A stretch of DNA of 64,000 bases. It comes from an uncultured delta proteobacterium (lineage in GTDB: Bacteria > Myxococcota > Myxococcia > Myxococcales > Myxococcaceae). The notes beneath the pieces are model-generated. The model saw only the letters and a list, made by a program, of their open reading frames with translations, was not told the DNA's origin and ran no database searches. Made by a program: the position numbers and the translations under genes. The DNA is taken from assembly GCA_963776345.1 (NCBI GenBank), contig CAVZMH010000009.1, positions 1 through 64,000 of the forward strand, given 5' to 3'. Shown piece by piece: positions 20,519 to 30,284 of the stretch; the stretch's first letter is position 1, and each line of letters opens with the position of its first letter.

Positions 20519-22218
20519 ATGGCTGTAGTCGTGAATCCTACCTGCCTGACCCTGGCCCTCTGTCTGTGCACGCTGCCGGCGCTCGCCGCGCCCGAGCCGG
20601 CGGAGCAGGCGTACCAGGCCGCACGGAAGGGCTACTACGCGCTCAAGGGCGACGCGAAGCGCCGGAAGTTCCGCGACAGCTGGCTCACCGTCGCCCACCG
20701 CTTCGAGGGCGTGGCGAGGAAGTACCCAAAGAGCCCCCGGGCCCCGGACTCGCTCTTCACCGCGGCCCAGCTCCTGTCCGACCTGAGCCGGATCAGCCTC
20801 CTCGCCGAGGACACGAGCGCCTCGATGGAGGACTACCGGACGCTGCTCGAGGGGTACCCGCGGAGCACGCTCGCCGACGATGCGGCGCTGGCGCTCGCCC
20901 GGGCGCACCTGGACCGCGAGCAGCCCGAGGCCGCACGCAAGGTGCTCCAGCGCGCCGCGCAGCTCCCGAAGGGGGACCAGACTGCGCGGCTGCGGGCCCT
21001 GGTGGCATCCCTCCCGCCCGAGCCGAAGGACGCCGGCCGGAAGGCCGGGAAGGGCGAGTCCGTCGCCCGGCGCGACATCGGGACCGCCGAGCCGCGCCCG
21101 GCCCCGGCGAGCCACGGCACCCCGGACGCTCGCGCCTCTCCGGTCCTGAGCGTCCGTCAGGCGCCGGGACACACCGTCGAGACGCCCGAGTGGCTGAAGC
21201 AGGTCACGGCCCAGAAGCCGCCGGCTCCGGCGGGGGAGGAGACCGCCCCGAGCGACGGGCAGCCGGGTGAGGACGACAGGACGCGTCCGAGCCGGTCGCC
21301 CAGGTCGAGCGTGTGCCGGACGCTCCGCGTCAGGCTCCCGCGCCGGACCCGGTGCGGAGGTCTCCGGTCGCGGGCACGCCGCCCGGTGCCGCCGAGACGA
21401 CGCGCGCCTCGGGCCCGGCCGACGCCGGGGCCCTCCTCGCCCTCGCCCCTCCCACCCAGGTCCGCGAGCGGCTCCGGGCCATCCGCAAGCGGGCTCCGGG
21501 CGACGTCACGCTCGCCGAGCAGCTCGGCCTCAAGGTGCGCCGGGTGGTCATCGATCCCGGCCATGGCGGCCACGACACCGGCACCGTCGGCGCCGACGGC
21601 ACCCAGGAGAAGGACGTCGCCCTCGCCATCGCCAGGAAGCTCCGCACGGTGCTCACCGAGCAGGGCCTCGAGGTCGTCCTCACCCGCGAGAGCGACAAGT
21701 TCGTCCGCCTCGAGGAGCGCGCCCGGCTGGCCAACGTCGCCCGCGGCGACCTGTTCATCTCGGTGCACTGCAACTCGCTACCGCAGCGACACATCCGCGG
21801 CATCGAGACCTACACCCTGAACCTCGCCTCGGACCGCTACGCCATCCGGCTCGCGGCGCGGGAGAACGCCACCTCCGAGAAGGGGATGTCGGACCTCCGG
21901 TTCCTGCTCGCCGACCTGGCCACCCGGGCCAACACCGAGGAGTCGGTCCGGCTCGCCACCCAGGTCCAGTCCGGCCTGGTCTCGAAGCTGACGGCGAGGG
22001 ACCGGAAGATCCGCGACCTGGGGACCAAGGAGGCGCTCTTCTACGTGCTCCTGGGAACGAAGATGCCGGCGATCCTGGTCGAGACCGGCTTCCTCTCCAA
22101 CGGCGAGGAGGAGAAGCGGCTGGCCTCGTCCGGCTACCAGGACGAGGTCGCCCGGGCCATCGCCGCCGGCGTCGAGGAGTTCCTCGGCAACCGGGACCGG
22201 CTGGCCAAGGCGAACTAG
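20519..22218 (+). CDS. N-acetylmuramoyl-L-alanine amidase (Amidase_3) with N-terminal TPR-like region; 1-bp frameshift near 21278
   Basis: Signal peptide and TPR-like region in frame from 20519. Adding one G at about 21278 gives DDEDASEPVAQVERVPD and joins the catalytic frame VVIDPGHGGHD, EKDV, FISVHCN, ILVETGF. Confidence 0.87.
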
Positions 22219-22256
22219 CGGCCGAGTGGCGTTATCTTCGGTCCCGGGTTCTCCCG

Positions 22257-24911
22257 GTGTCCGTCGATCCCCACGCGCTTCCCCCCACGCCCGACCGCGT
22301 CTGCTCCCGCGAGCTCGCCGCGTCGCTGCCGCCGTTTCCCGCGGCCGGGAGCCTCGGGGAGCGGCTGCGCGAGCACCGGACCGGGTCGCTGGCCCGCATC
22401 CGCGCCTTCCACGCAGCGGGCGGCGCGGGCCTCTCCACCGCCCGGCTGGTGACCGCCGCGGCCGACGCCGCCCTCGAGGCGCTCTGGGAGGAGCTGGCGC
22501 CGGCGCACAAGCTCGAGGGCGCGGTGCTGGTCGGGGTCGGCGGGACCGGACGGCGGGAGATGAGCCCCGGGTCGGACTGGGACCTGATGCTCCTGCACAC
22601 GGGACGGGGTGGGGTGGCGAGCTTCGCCCGCGCGTTCTCCACGGCGCTGTGGGACGCCCGGGTCCACGTCGGGTGGAGCGTGCGCACCCTGGCGGAGGCG
22701 AACGGCGCGGCGCGCGAGGACGCGGAGGTCCGCACCGCGCTGCTCGATGCCCGCCGCATCGCCGGCGACCCCCGGCTGTGGGCGCGCGCCGAGCGCTCCG
22801 TCCTGGCGGACCAGCGGACGCGCGACGCGGACGCCTACGTCCGGGCCAAGATGGACGAGCTGCGCGCCCGGCGGGAGAAGTTCGGGGACACCGTCTTCCT
22901 GCTCGAGCCCAACGTGAAGCAAGGGCAGGGAGGGCTCCGCGATCTCGAGGCGGCGCTCTGGGTGGCGCAGGTGCGCTTCCGCGTGCGGACGCTGGGCCAG
23001 CTGCTCGAGCGCGCGGTGCTCCCCGGCCACGACGTCGCCGAGGCCCGCGCCGCCCGCGACTTCCTGATGCGGGTCCGCCACGCCGCCCACCTCGCCACCG
23101 GCCGCAAGGAGGACCGGCTCACCTTCGAGCTGCAGGCGAGCCTCTCGCAGGAGCTGGGCTACCGCACCGGCCCCGAGGGCGCCGCGGTGGAGCGCTTCAT
23201 GCGGCACGTCTATCTGGCCGCCGGGACACTTCGGCGGGTGAGCGACGGGCTCCTCGCCCGAGCCGAGGAGGAGCGGGCGCCCCGGCGGATCTTCCGGACC
23301 GAGCGGAGGGTGGGACACTTCAAGGTCTTCCGCGGCCGGCTCACCGTGGACGACGGGACACTGTTCCAGCGGGCGCCCGCGGAGGTGGTGCGGATGTTCC
23401 AGCACGCTGGCGAGCTGGGCGTCCCCCTCTACAGCTGGGCGCGCGAGCGCATCGCCGAGGCGCTGCCGGCCCTGGAGGCTGCCCGGGGCGAGCAGGAGGT
23501 GGTCGAGGCGCTCAAGGCGCTGTTCCTCTCCCCGGCAGGGCGGGGCGCGGTGCTGGACGAGATGCACGCGCTCGGCGTGCTCGGCGCGCTGGTGCCCGAG
23601 TTCGGGCGCATCACCGCGCACCACCAGAACGACCTGTACCACGTGTACACGGTGGACGTGCACACGCTGCGGGCGCTGCGGCGGCTGTACGCGCTGCGCG
23701 CCGGCGATCTGGTCGACGTCGAGCCGGAGCTGGGCCGCATGCTCACCGAGCTCGAGGATCCACTTCCGCTCTACCTCGGGATGCTGCTGCATGACGCGGG
23801 GAAGGGCCTCGGCGGCGACCACTCGGTGCGCGGCCGCGAGCTGATGGCGACCCTGGGCGCGCGGCTCGGGCTCACCCCGCGGCAGCGCGAGGTGGCCGAG
23901 TTCCTCGTCCTCCACCACCTGACGATGAGCCAGACCGCGCAGCGGCGGGACCTGTCCGACCCCGAGCTCATCCGCTGGTTCGCCGAGCTGTGCGGGGACG
24001 TGGAGAAGCTCACCGCCCTGTACCTCCTCACCTGGGCGGACATGTGCTCGGTCGCCCCGGGGGTATGGAACGCATGGCGCGCCGGGCTGGTCCACGAGCT
24101 GTTCCGCAAGGCGCACGCGGTGCTGTCGGGCAAGGAGGGGACCGAACGGGCCGCGCGTGAGGCATTCGCGGAGGCGTGGACGCGTCGACTCGGAGCAGAG
24201 GAGACCTCCCGGCTGCTCGCCTCCCTCCCGGACCGCTACTTCGACGCCACGCCGCCGGACGACGCGCTCCGCCACGCGGTGCTCCTCCGCCGCGCGCGGC
24301 GCTTCCCCATCGCGGCGGTGCTCCGGCGCACGCTCGAGGGCCACGCGGAGGTGCACGTGGCCGCGCCCGACGCGCCGGGCCTCCTGGCCACCTGGAGCGG
24401 GGTGCTGGCCGCGCACGGGCTGGACATCCTCTCGGCGCGCATCGCCTCCACGGCGGACGGCTACGCCCTCGACGTGTTCGAGGTGCGCGGCCGGGCAGGG
24501 CGGCCCGTGGAGCGCACGCGCTGGCGCCGGGCACGGGCAGATCTCGTGGCCGCGGCGCGGGGGAGGCTCGAGGTCCCGGCGCTCCTGGCCCGGCGGCGGG
24601 GTGGCGGGAAGCTCCACCGAGCGCTGCCTCCGGTCGCCACCCGGGTGAGCGTGGACAACCGCGCCTCTCAGCGCTTCACCGTCGTCGACGTGCGCGGCGA
24701 GGACCGGCTCGGGCTGCTCCATGACCTGGCCGCGGCGCTGGCGGGCGCGCGGCTGGAGATCGCCGTCGCCAAGGTCGCCACCGAGGCCAACCGGGCCATC
24801 GACTCGTTCTACGTGACCCGTGGGGGCCAGAAACTCACCGACCCGGCCGAGGTCGACGCCGTGCGCGCCCAGCTCGCGGCCGCGGTGCCCGCGCCGGCCC
24901 TCGAAGGGTAA
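22257..24911 (+). CDS. glnD: [Protein-PII] uridylyltransferase
   Basis: VGGTGRREMSPGSDWDL (NTase), LEPNVKQGQGGLRDL, YHVYTVDVH, LLHDAGKG (HD domain), two ACT domains (DAPGLL, DRLGLL). Confidence 0.93.
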   Translation: MSVDPHALPPTPDRVCSRELAASLPPFPAAGSLGERLREHRTGSLARIRAFHAAGGAGLSTARLVTAAADAALEALWEELAPAHKLEGAVLVGVGGTGRREMSPGSDWDLMLLHTGRGGVASFARAFSTALWDARVHVGWSVRTLAEANGAAREDAEVRTALLDARRIAGDPRLWARAERSVLADQRTRDADAYVRAKMDELRARREKFGDTVFLLEPNVKQGQGGLRDLEAALWVAQVRFRVRTLGQLLERAVLPGHDVAEARAARDFLMRVRHAAHLATGRKEDRLTFELQASLSQELGYRTGPEGAAVERFMRHVYLAAGTLRRVSDGLLARAEEERAPRRIFRTERRVGHFKVFRGRLTVDDGTLFQRAPAEVVRMFQHAGELGVPLYSWARERIAEALPALEAARGEQEVVEALKALFLSPAGRGAVLDEMHALGVLGALVPEFGRITAHHQNDLYHVYTVDVHTLRALRRLYALRAGDLVDVEPELGRMLTELEDPLPLYLGMLLHDAGKGLGGDHSVRGRELMATLGARLGLTPRQREVAEFLVLHHLTMSQTAQRRDLSDPELIRWFAELCGDVEKLTALYLLTWADMCSVAPGVWNAWRAGLVHELFRKAHAVLSGKEGTERAAREAFAEAWTRRLGAEETSRLLASLPDRYFDATPPDDALRHAVLLRRARRFPIAAVLRRTLEGHAEVHVAAPDAPGLLATWSGVLAAHGLDILSARIASTADGYALDVFEVRGRAGRPVERTRWRRARADLVAAARGRLEVPALLARRRGGGKLHRALPPVATRVSVDNRASQRFTVVDVRGEDRLGLLHDLAAALAGARLEIAVAKVATEANRAIDSFYVTRGGQKLTDPAEVDAVRAQLAAAVPAPALEG

Positions 24912-25041
24912 CCAGGCGACCGAGCCCCCGGGTGACCGCCTTGGCTCGGCCAGGCGGTCCCCCCCGATGGAATGAATCCGACGGGCAGCGGGTTGCCCCC
25001 ACGACAGGCCAGGAGCCTCGAACCCGGACCAGCGCGCCGCG

Positions 25042-25133
25042 CAAGTCTTTGAAAGTCTTGTACTTTCACTGGTGCTGGCCCCGGGAAAGCTCAATCGTCC
25101 CGGTCGGATGCCGGGTTGTGCATGGGATTTGCT
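25042..25133 (+). promoter_or_regulatory. Possible IHF site plus sigma-54-like -24/-12 element upstream of the KGG gene
   Basis: CAAGTCTTTGAAA (25042-25054) has 1 mismatch to YAANNNNTTGATW. TTGTGCATGGGATTTGCT (25116-25133) differs from TTGGCAY-N5-TTGCT by one extra T. Confidence 0.3.
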
Positions 25134-25220
25134 TGCGTTTCCCGTGCGCTGTCGCACCTTGGCTTCTAAGGAGCGGAGCGAGGGCTGGTGGGCGTGGCCG
25201 CGAAGGGAGACACGAAGACC

Positions 25221-25625
25221 ATGACGGACAAGGACAACAAGGGAAGCATGACGGTGGCGGAGGCCGGCCGGAAGGGCGGCGAGACCGTCCGGAACGAGCG
25301 CGGCCGTGAGTTCTACGAGACCATCGGCCGCAAGGGCGGGGCGACGGTGAAGGCCGAGCGTGGACGGGCCTTCTACGAGGAGATCGGCCGCAAGGGCGGG
25401 GAGACGGTCAAGGCCGAGCGCGGCGCCAAGTTCTACGAGGAGATCGGCAAGAAGGGCGGCGACCGGGTGAAGGCGACCCGCGGCGCCAGCTTCTACGAGG
25501 AGATCGGCCGCAAGGGCGGACAGAAGGTCAAGAAGCTGATCGAAGAGGGAAAGCGCGCCGCGCGCGAAGCGGCCGCGGCGGCTGCAGCGGCCGGTGGCCC
25601 GGCCCCCGAGCCCTCCAAGAGTTGA
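25221..25625 (+). CDS. KGG-repeat general stress protein (GsiB/Em-like hydrophilin)
   Basis: AAGGGAGA RBS-like site; MTVAEAGRKGG followed by repeated FYEEIGRKGG units. Confidence 0.9.
   Translation: MTDKDNKGSMTVAEAGRKGGETVRNERGREFYETIGRKGGATVKAERGRAFYEEIGRKGGETVKAERGAKFYEEIGKKGGDRVKATRGASFYEEIGRKGGQKVKKLIEEGKRAAREAAAAAAAAGGPAPEPSKS
25251..25530 (+). repeat. 60-bp in-frame tandem repeat, about 4.7 copies (KGG units)
   Basis: ttctacgag...atcggc...aagggcgg recurs at 25311, 25371, 25431 and 25491. Confidence 0.9.
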
Positions 25626-25665
25626 CCTCCCGCGCGGGTCCCGGCAACGCTCGCCGACCGACCCG

Positions 25666-26316
25666 ATGATCGCGCCCCTCGTCCCGGTTGACGGGCAGCA
25701 CCCGCAGCCGAGGACGGTGGGGCGCGCCGTGCAGGCGCTCGAGGACGGCCAGCTCCTCGGCTACCCGAGCGACCTGACGTATGCCCTCGGCTGCGACGCG
25801 CACCAGCGCCGCGCCGTGGAGCGACTGGCCCAGCTGAAGCATCGCGACCCGAAGAAACCGTTCGCGCTGCTGGTGGCGGACCTCGCGGACCTGAGCCGCT
25901 ATGCCCAGGTGAGCAACTTCGCCTACCGGGTGCTCCGGCAGCTGGCACCGGGGCCGTTCACCTTCGTGCTCCCGGCGACGCGGCTGGTCCCCGAGCTGCT
26001 GCTGCACCGCAAGCGCGAGGTGGGCCTCCGCATCCCGGACGCCCCCGTGGCCCGGGCGCTGGTGATCGGCCTCGGCCGGCCGCTGGTCACCACCACCGCC
26101 ACCGCGCTGGACGAGGGTCTGGATGGGGGGCGGGCGGCGCGCGTGGAGGGGGAGCCCCTCGCCGACGCCACCGCGGTGCGTGACGTCTACGGGCACGCGC
26201 TGGCCCAGGTGCTCGATGCGGGGCCGCTGCCGGGCGAGAGCAGCACCGTCCTCTCGCTCATGGGCGACAGCATCGACGTGCTCCGCCAGGGCGCGGGGGT
26301 CGTCCCCGGGCTGTAG
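25666..26316 (+). CDS. Sua5/YciO/YrdC family (threonylcarbamoyl-AMP synthase-like)
   Basis: YPSDLTYALGC, KPF, PGPFTFVL, VGLRIPD, SSTVL. Confidence 0.9.
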   Translation: MIAPLVPVDGQHPQPRTVGRAVQALEDGQLLGYPSDLTYALGCDAHQRRAVERLAQLKHRDPKKPFALLVADLADLSRYAQVSNFAYRVLRQLAPGPFTFVLPATRLVPELLLHRKREVGLRIPDAPVARALVIGLGRPLVTTTATALDEGLDGGRAARVEGEPLADATAVRDVYGHALAQVLDAGPLPGESSTVLSLMGDSIDVLRQGAGVVPGL

Positions 26317-26360
26317 AAAAATGTTCCCCGCTCCGGACGGGACTACCCTCTGGGGCGCCG

Positions 26361-27275
26361 ATGGCCGCGCCCCCGAGCCCGCTCGAGCCGTACCTCGACG
26401 CCTTCGTCGCCCACCTGCGAGCGGAGCGCGGGCTGTCCCCGAGGACCGTCGAGGCGTACGCCAGAGACATGGAGCGGTACCTCGAGTGGCTGCGACCCAC
26501 GGGCGTCCGCCGACCGGAGGCGATCGGGCAGGAGCACGTGCGAGGGCACCTGGTCGCGCTCGGCCGGCGGCTCTCGCCCCGGAGCCAGGCCCGGCACCTC
26601 GCGGCCATCCGGATGTTCCACCGGTTCCTGGTCGCCGAGCGGCACGCGACCGACGACCCCACCGAGCAGGTGGAGACGCCGCGCCAGTCACGCCGTCTGC
26701 CGATCTTCCTGACGCTGGACGAGGTGGAGGCGCTGCTCGAGGCGCCCACCGACCGGACGCCGGCGGGGCTGCGCGACCGCGCGATGCTCCACGTGCTCTA
26801 CGCCACCGGCCTCCGGGTGAGCGAGCTGGTCGGGCTCTCGGTGAACTCCGTGCAGCTCGACGCCGGCTACCTCATCGCCCGGGGCAAGGGCGACAAGGAG
26901 CGACTGGTGCCGCTCGGGCGGCGGGCCATCGCCGAGGTCCGGGCCTGGCTCGGGCGGGGCCGGTCGGCGCTTCTTCGGGGGCGGACGTCCCGGGCGCTGT
27001 TCGTCGGGCCGCGGGGCAAGGCGCTCACCCGGCAGGGGGTGTGGAAGCTGCTCCGCCGCCACGGCCTCGCCGCCGGCATCCGGAAGCCGCTCAGCCCGCA
27101 CAAGCTCCGCCACTCCTTCGCCACCCATCTGGTGGAGCGCGGCGCGGACCTCCGGGTGGTGCAGGCCATGCTCGGCCACGCCGACCTGGCCACCACGCAG
27201 ATCTACACCCACGTGGACGGACGGAGGCTCCGGGCGGTCTACGACGCGGCCCACCCGCGCAGCCGGAGCGGTTAA
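26361..27275 (+). CDS. xerD: Site-specific tyrosine recombinase XerD
   Basis: ERGLSPRTVEAY, RDRAML.VLYATGLRVSEL, GKGDKERLVP, SPHKLRHSFATHL, MLGHADLATTQIYTHV. Confidence 0.93.
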   Translation: MAAPPSPLEPYLDAFVAHLRAERGLSPRTVEAYARDMERYLEWLRPTGVRRPEAIGQEHVRGHLVALGRRLSPRSQARHLAAIRMFHRFLVAERHATDDPTEQVETPRQSRRLPIFLTLDEVEALLEAPTDRTPAGLRDRAMLHVLYATGLRVSELVGLSVNSVQLDAGYLIARGKGDKERLVPLGRRAIAEVRAWLGRGRSALLRGRTSRALFVGPRGKALTRQGVWKLLRRHGLAAGIRKPLSPHKLRHSFATHLVERGADLRVVQAMLGHADLATTQIYTHVDGRRLRAVYDAAHPRSRSG

Positions 27276-27436
27276 CGCCGAGACCACTCGTATCCTCCGG
27301 AGGATCGCGTAGGGATCGCGGCCGAGGTCCAGGAGCGACGACCGAGCGTAGCCTTCGCTACGTGAGGGAGGAGCGACGCCGAGATCGGCCGCGAGGACAA
27401 GCGAGGAACGGAGCGATACGAGTGGTTTCGGCGTTA
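27273..27436. mobile_element. MITE-like / palindromic element, 164 bp, 22-bp terminal inverted repeats, TA at both ends
   Basis: TAACGCCGAGACCACTCGTATC ... GATACGAGTGGTTTCGGCGTTA (21/22 match), plus concentric internal stems TCGCGGCCGA/TCGGCCGCGA and CGTAGC-cttc-GCTACG. Confidence 0.7.
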
Positions 27437-27455
27437 GAGTGCGCCGCTCCGCACC

Positions 27456-28466
27456 ATGCGCATCCTGTCCGGCATCCAGTCCTCGGGGAAGCAGCACATC
27501 GGCAACTACTACGGCGCGCTCCGCCAGTTCGTGGATCTCCAGAACCGCGGCGAGGCGCTCTACTTCATCGCCAACCTGCACGCCCTGACGACGGTCCGCG
27601 ACCCGGTGGCGGCCGGCGCGCTCACCCGCGAGACGGCGATGGCCTTCCTCGCGCTCGGGCTCGACCCACGGAAGGCCATCCTCTTCCGGCAGAGCGACAT
27701 CCCCGAGATCCTCGAGCTCTACTGGATCCTCGGGACGGTGGTGCCGCTGTCCAACCTCGACCGCGCGCACAGCTACAAGGACAAGCTCGCCCGGGGCATC
27801 TCCGCCGACTTCGGCCTCTTCGCCTACCCGGTGCTGATGGCCGCCGACATCCTCCTCTACGGCTCGGACCTGGTGCCGGTGGGGAGGGACCAGGTGCAGC
27901 ATCTGGAGTTCGCGCGCGACTGGGCCACCAAGTTCAACCTCACCTACGTCCCGGGCTACGACCCCGCGGACCCCTCGGGCGGCAAGAGCGGAAAGCCCGG
28001 CCTCCTCAAGCTCCCCGAGGCGCTGGTGCAGGAGGCCACGGCGGTCGTCCCGGGGACCGACGGCCAGAAGATGTCCAAGTCGTACAACAACACCATCGAC
28101 CTCTTCGGCGACGAGGCCGAGGTGAAGAAGCGGATCATGGGCATCAAGACCGACAGCACCCCGGTGGAGGCGCCGAAGCCCGTGGACACGCCGCTGTACC
28201 AGCTCCTCCGGGTCATGCTCCCCGAGAGCGAGTTCGGGCCGGTGGACCGGACCTGGCGAGAGGGCGGGAAGGGCTACGGCGACTTCAAGAAGACGCTGCT
28301 CGCCGCCTACCACGCCACGTTCGGCGAGGCGCGCGCCCGCTACCAGGCGCTGGAGAAGGACCCGGGCTCGGTGGACGCGATTCTTCGCGCCGGGGCGGAG
28401 CGGGCCCGGGCGGTCGCGGCACCGGTCATCGAGCGGGTCCGCCGCGCGGTGGGGATCGAGCGTTGA
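27456..28466 (+). CDS. trpS: Tryptophan--tRNA ligase
   Basis: RILSGIQSSG..HIGNY, YPVLMAADIL, VPVGRDQVQHLE, KMSKSY. Confidence 0.96.
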   Translation: MRILSGIQSSGKQHIGNYYGALRQFVDLQNRGEALYFIANLHALTTVRDPVAAGALTRETAMAFLALGLDPRKAILFRQSDIPEILELYWILGTVVPLSNLDRAHSYKDKLARGISADFGLFAYPVLMAADILLYGSDLVPVGRDQVQHLEFARDWATKFNLTYVPGYDPADPSGGKSGKPGLLKLPEALVQEATAVVPGTDGQKMSKSYNNTIDLFGDEAEVKKRIMGIKTDSTPVEAPKPVDTPLYQLLRVMLPESEFGPVDRTWREGGKGYGDFKKTLLAAYHATFGEARARYQALEKDPGSVDAILRAGAERARAVAAPVIERVRRAVGIER

Positions 28467-28503
28467 CCCTTCGCGGACCGGGCTGGTAGGGCCAGGGCGC
28501 ACG

Positions 28504-29327
28504 GTGGCCACCCACTCCCAGACCCCGGTCGAGCCGGACGACGTCGCAGGCGGGCGCCGCGCTCCACCCCGGGCTTCAAGTCAAGCTGCCGAGCTTCGAG
28601 GGCCCGCTCGATCTGCTGCTGCATCTCATCCGCGAGCACCGGGTCGACGTCTTCGACATCCCCATCGCGCTCATCGCCGAGAAGTACAACCAGTCGCTCG
28701 CCGAGATGGTGGCCCTGGACCTGGACGTCGCCGGCGAGTTCCTGGTGATGGCGGCCACGCTGGCCCACATCAAGAGCCGGCTCTTGCTCCCCCGGACCGA
28801 GGCGCCGGGCGAGGCGGGCGAGGCCGCCGAGGAGCAGGGCGACCCGCGCGCCGAGCTGGTGCGCCGGCTGCTCGAGTACCAGAAGTACAAGGACGTCGCC
28901 CGGCAGCTCGCCGAGAACCCGCTCCTCGATCGCGACGTGTTCGTCCGGCGCATCACCCCGGCGGCTGCGGCGCAGGTCGAGTCGGCGGCGCTGGCCGAGG
29001 TGAGCGTGTACCGGCTCATCGAGGCGCTCGACCGGGTGCTCAAGGCGCTCGAGCCGCGGGTCGGCCACGAGGTGGTGCGCGACCAGCTCACCCTCTCCGC
29101 CGCGATGCAGGGCATCACCGGGCGGCTCCAGCCCGGCGAGCGCGTCAGCTTCCTCCAGCTGTTCGAGGGGCAGCGAACGCGGGGAGCGGTGATCGTGACC
29201 TTCCTCGCGTTGCTGGAAATGGTGAAGCTGCGGCTGGTCCGCGTCCATCAGGATTTGGGAGAGCGGGACATCTGGGTGTCGGCCGAGGCCGGCGCTCTCG
29301 AGAGCGGCACCCCGGAGGTCGACGAGC

Positions 29328-29341
<14 letters not shown>
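28504..29341 (+). CDS. scpA: Segregation/condensation protein A; probable 1-bp frameshift at about 28545-28580
   Basis: VKLPSFEGPLDLLLHLI (from 28580), AGEFLVMAATLAHIKSRLLLP, VTFLALLEM. The conserved frame has a stop at 28487 and no ATG/GTG before the motif, while the GTG at 28504 is in another frame. Confidence 0.88.

Positions 29342-30280
<939 letters not shown>

Positions 30281-30284
<4 letters not shown>

Noticed and set aside
26361..27275. Tyrosine recombinase as phage integrase or integron integrase
   Set aside because: Sequence and context (trpS, scpAB) fit chromosomal XerD. I saw no IntI insertion, att sites or cargo, and the adjacent hairpin occurs only once.
27276..27455. T-box or attenuator leader for trpS
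   Set aside because: No T-box consensus or Trp-codon leader peptide seen; the terminal inverted repeats explain the structure better.
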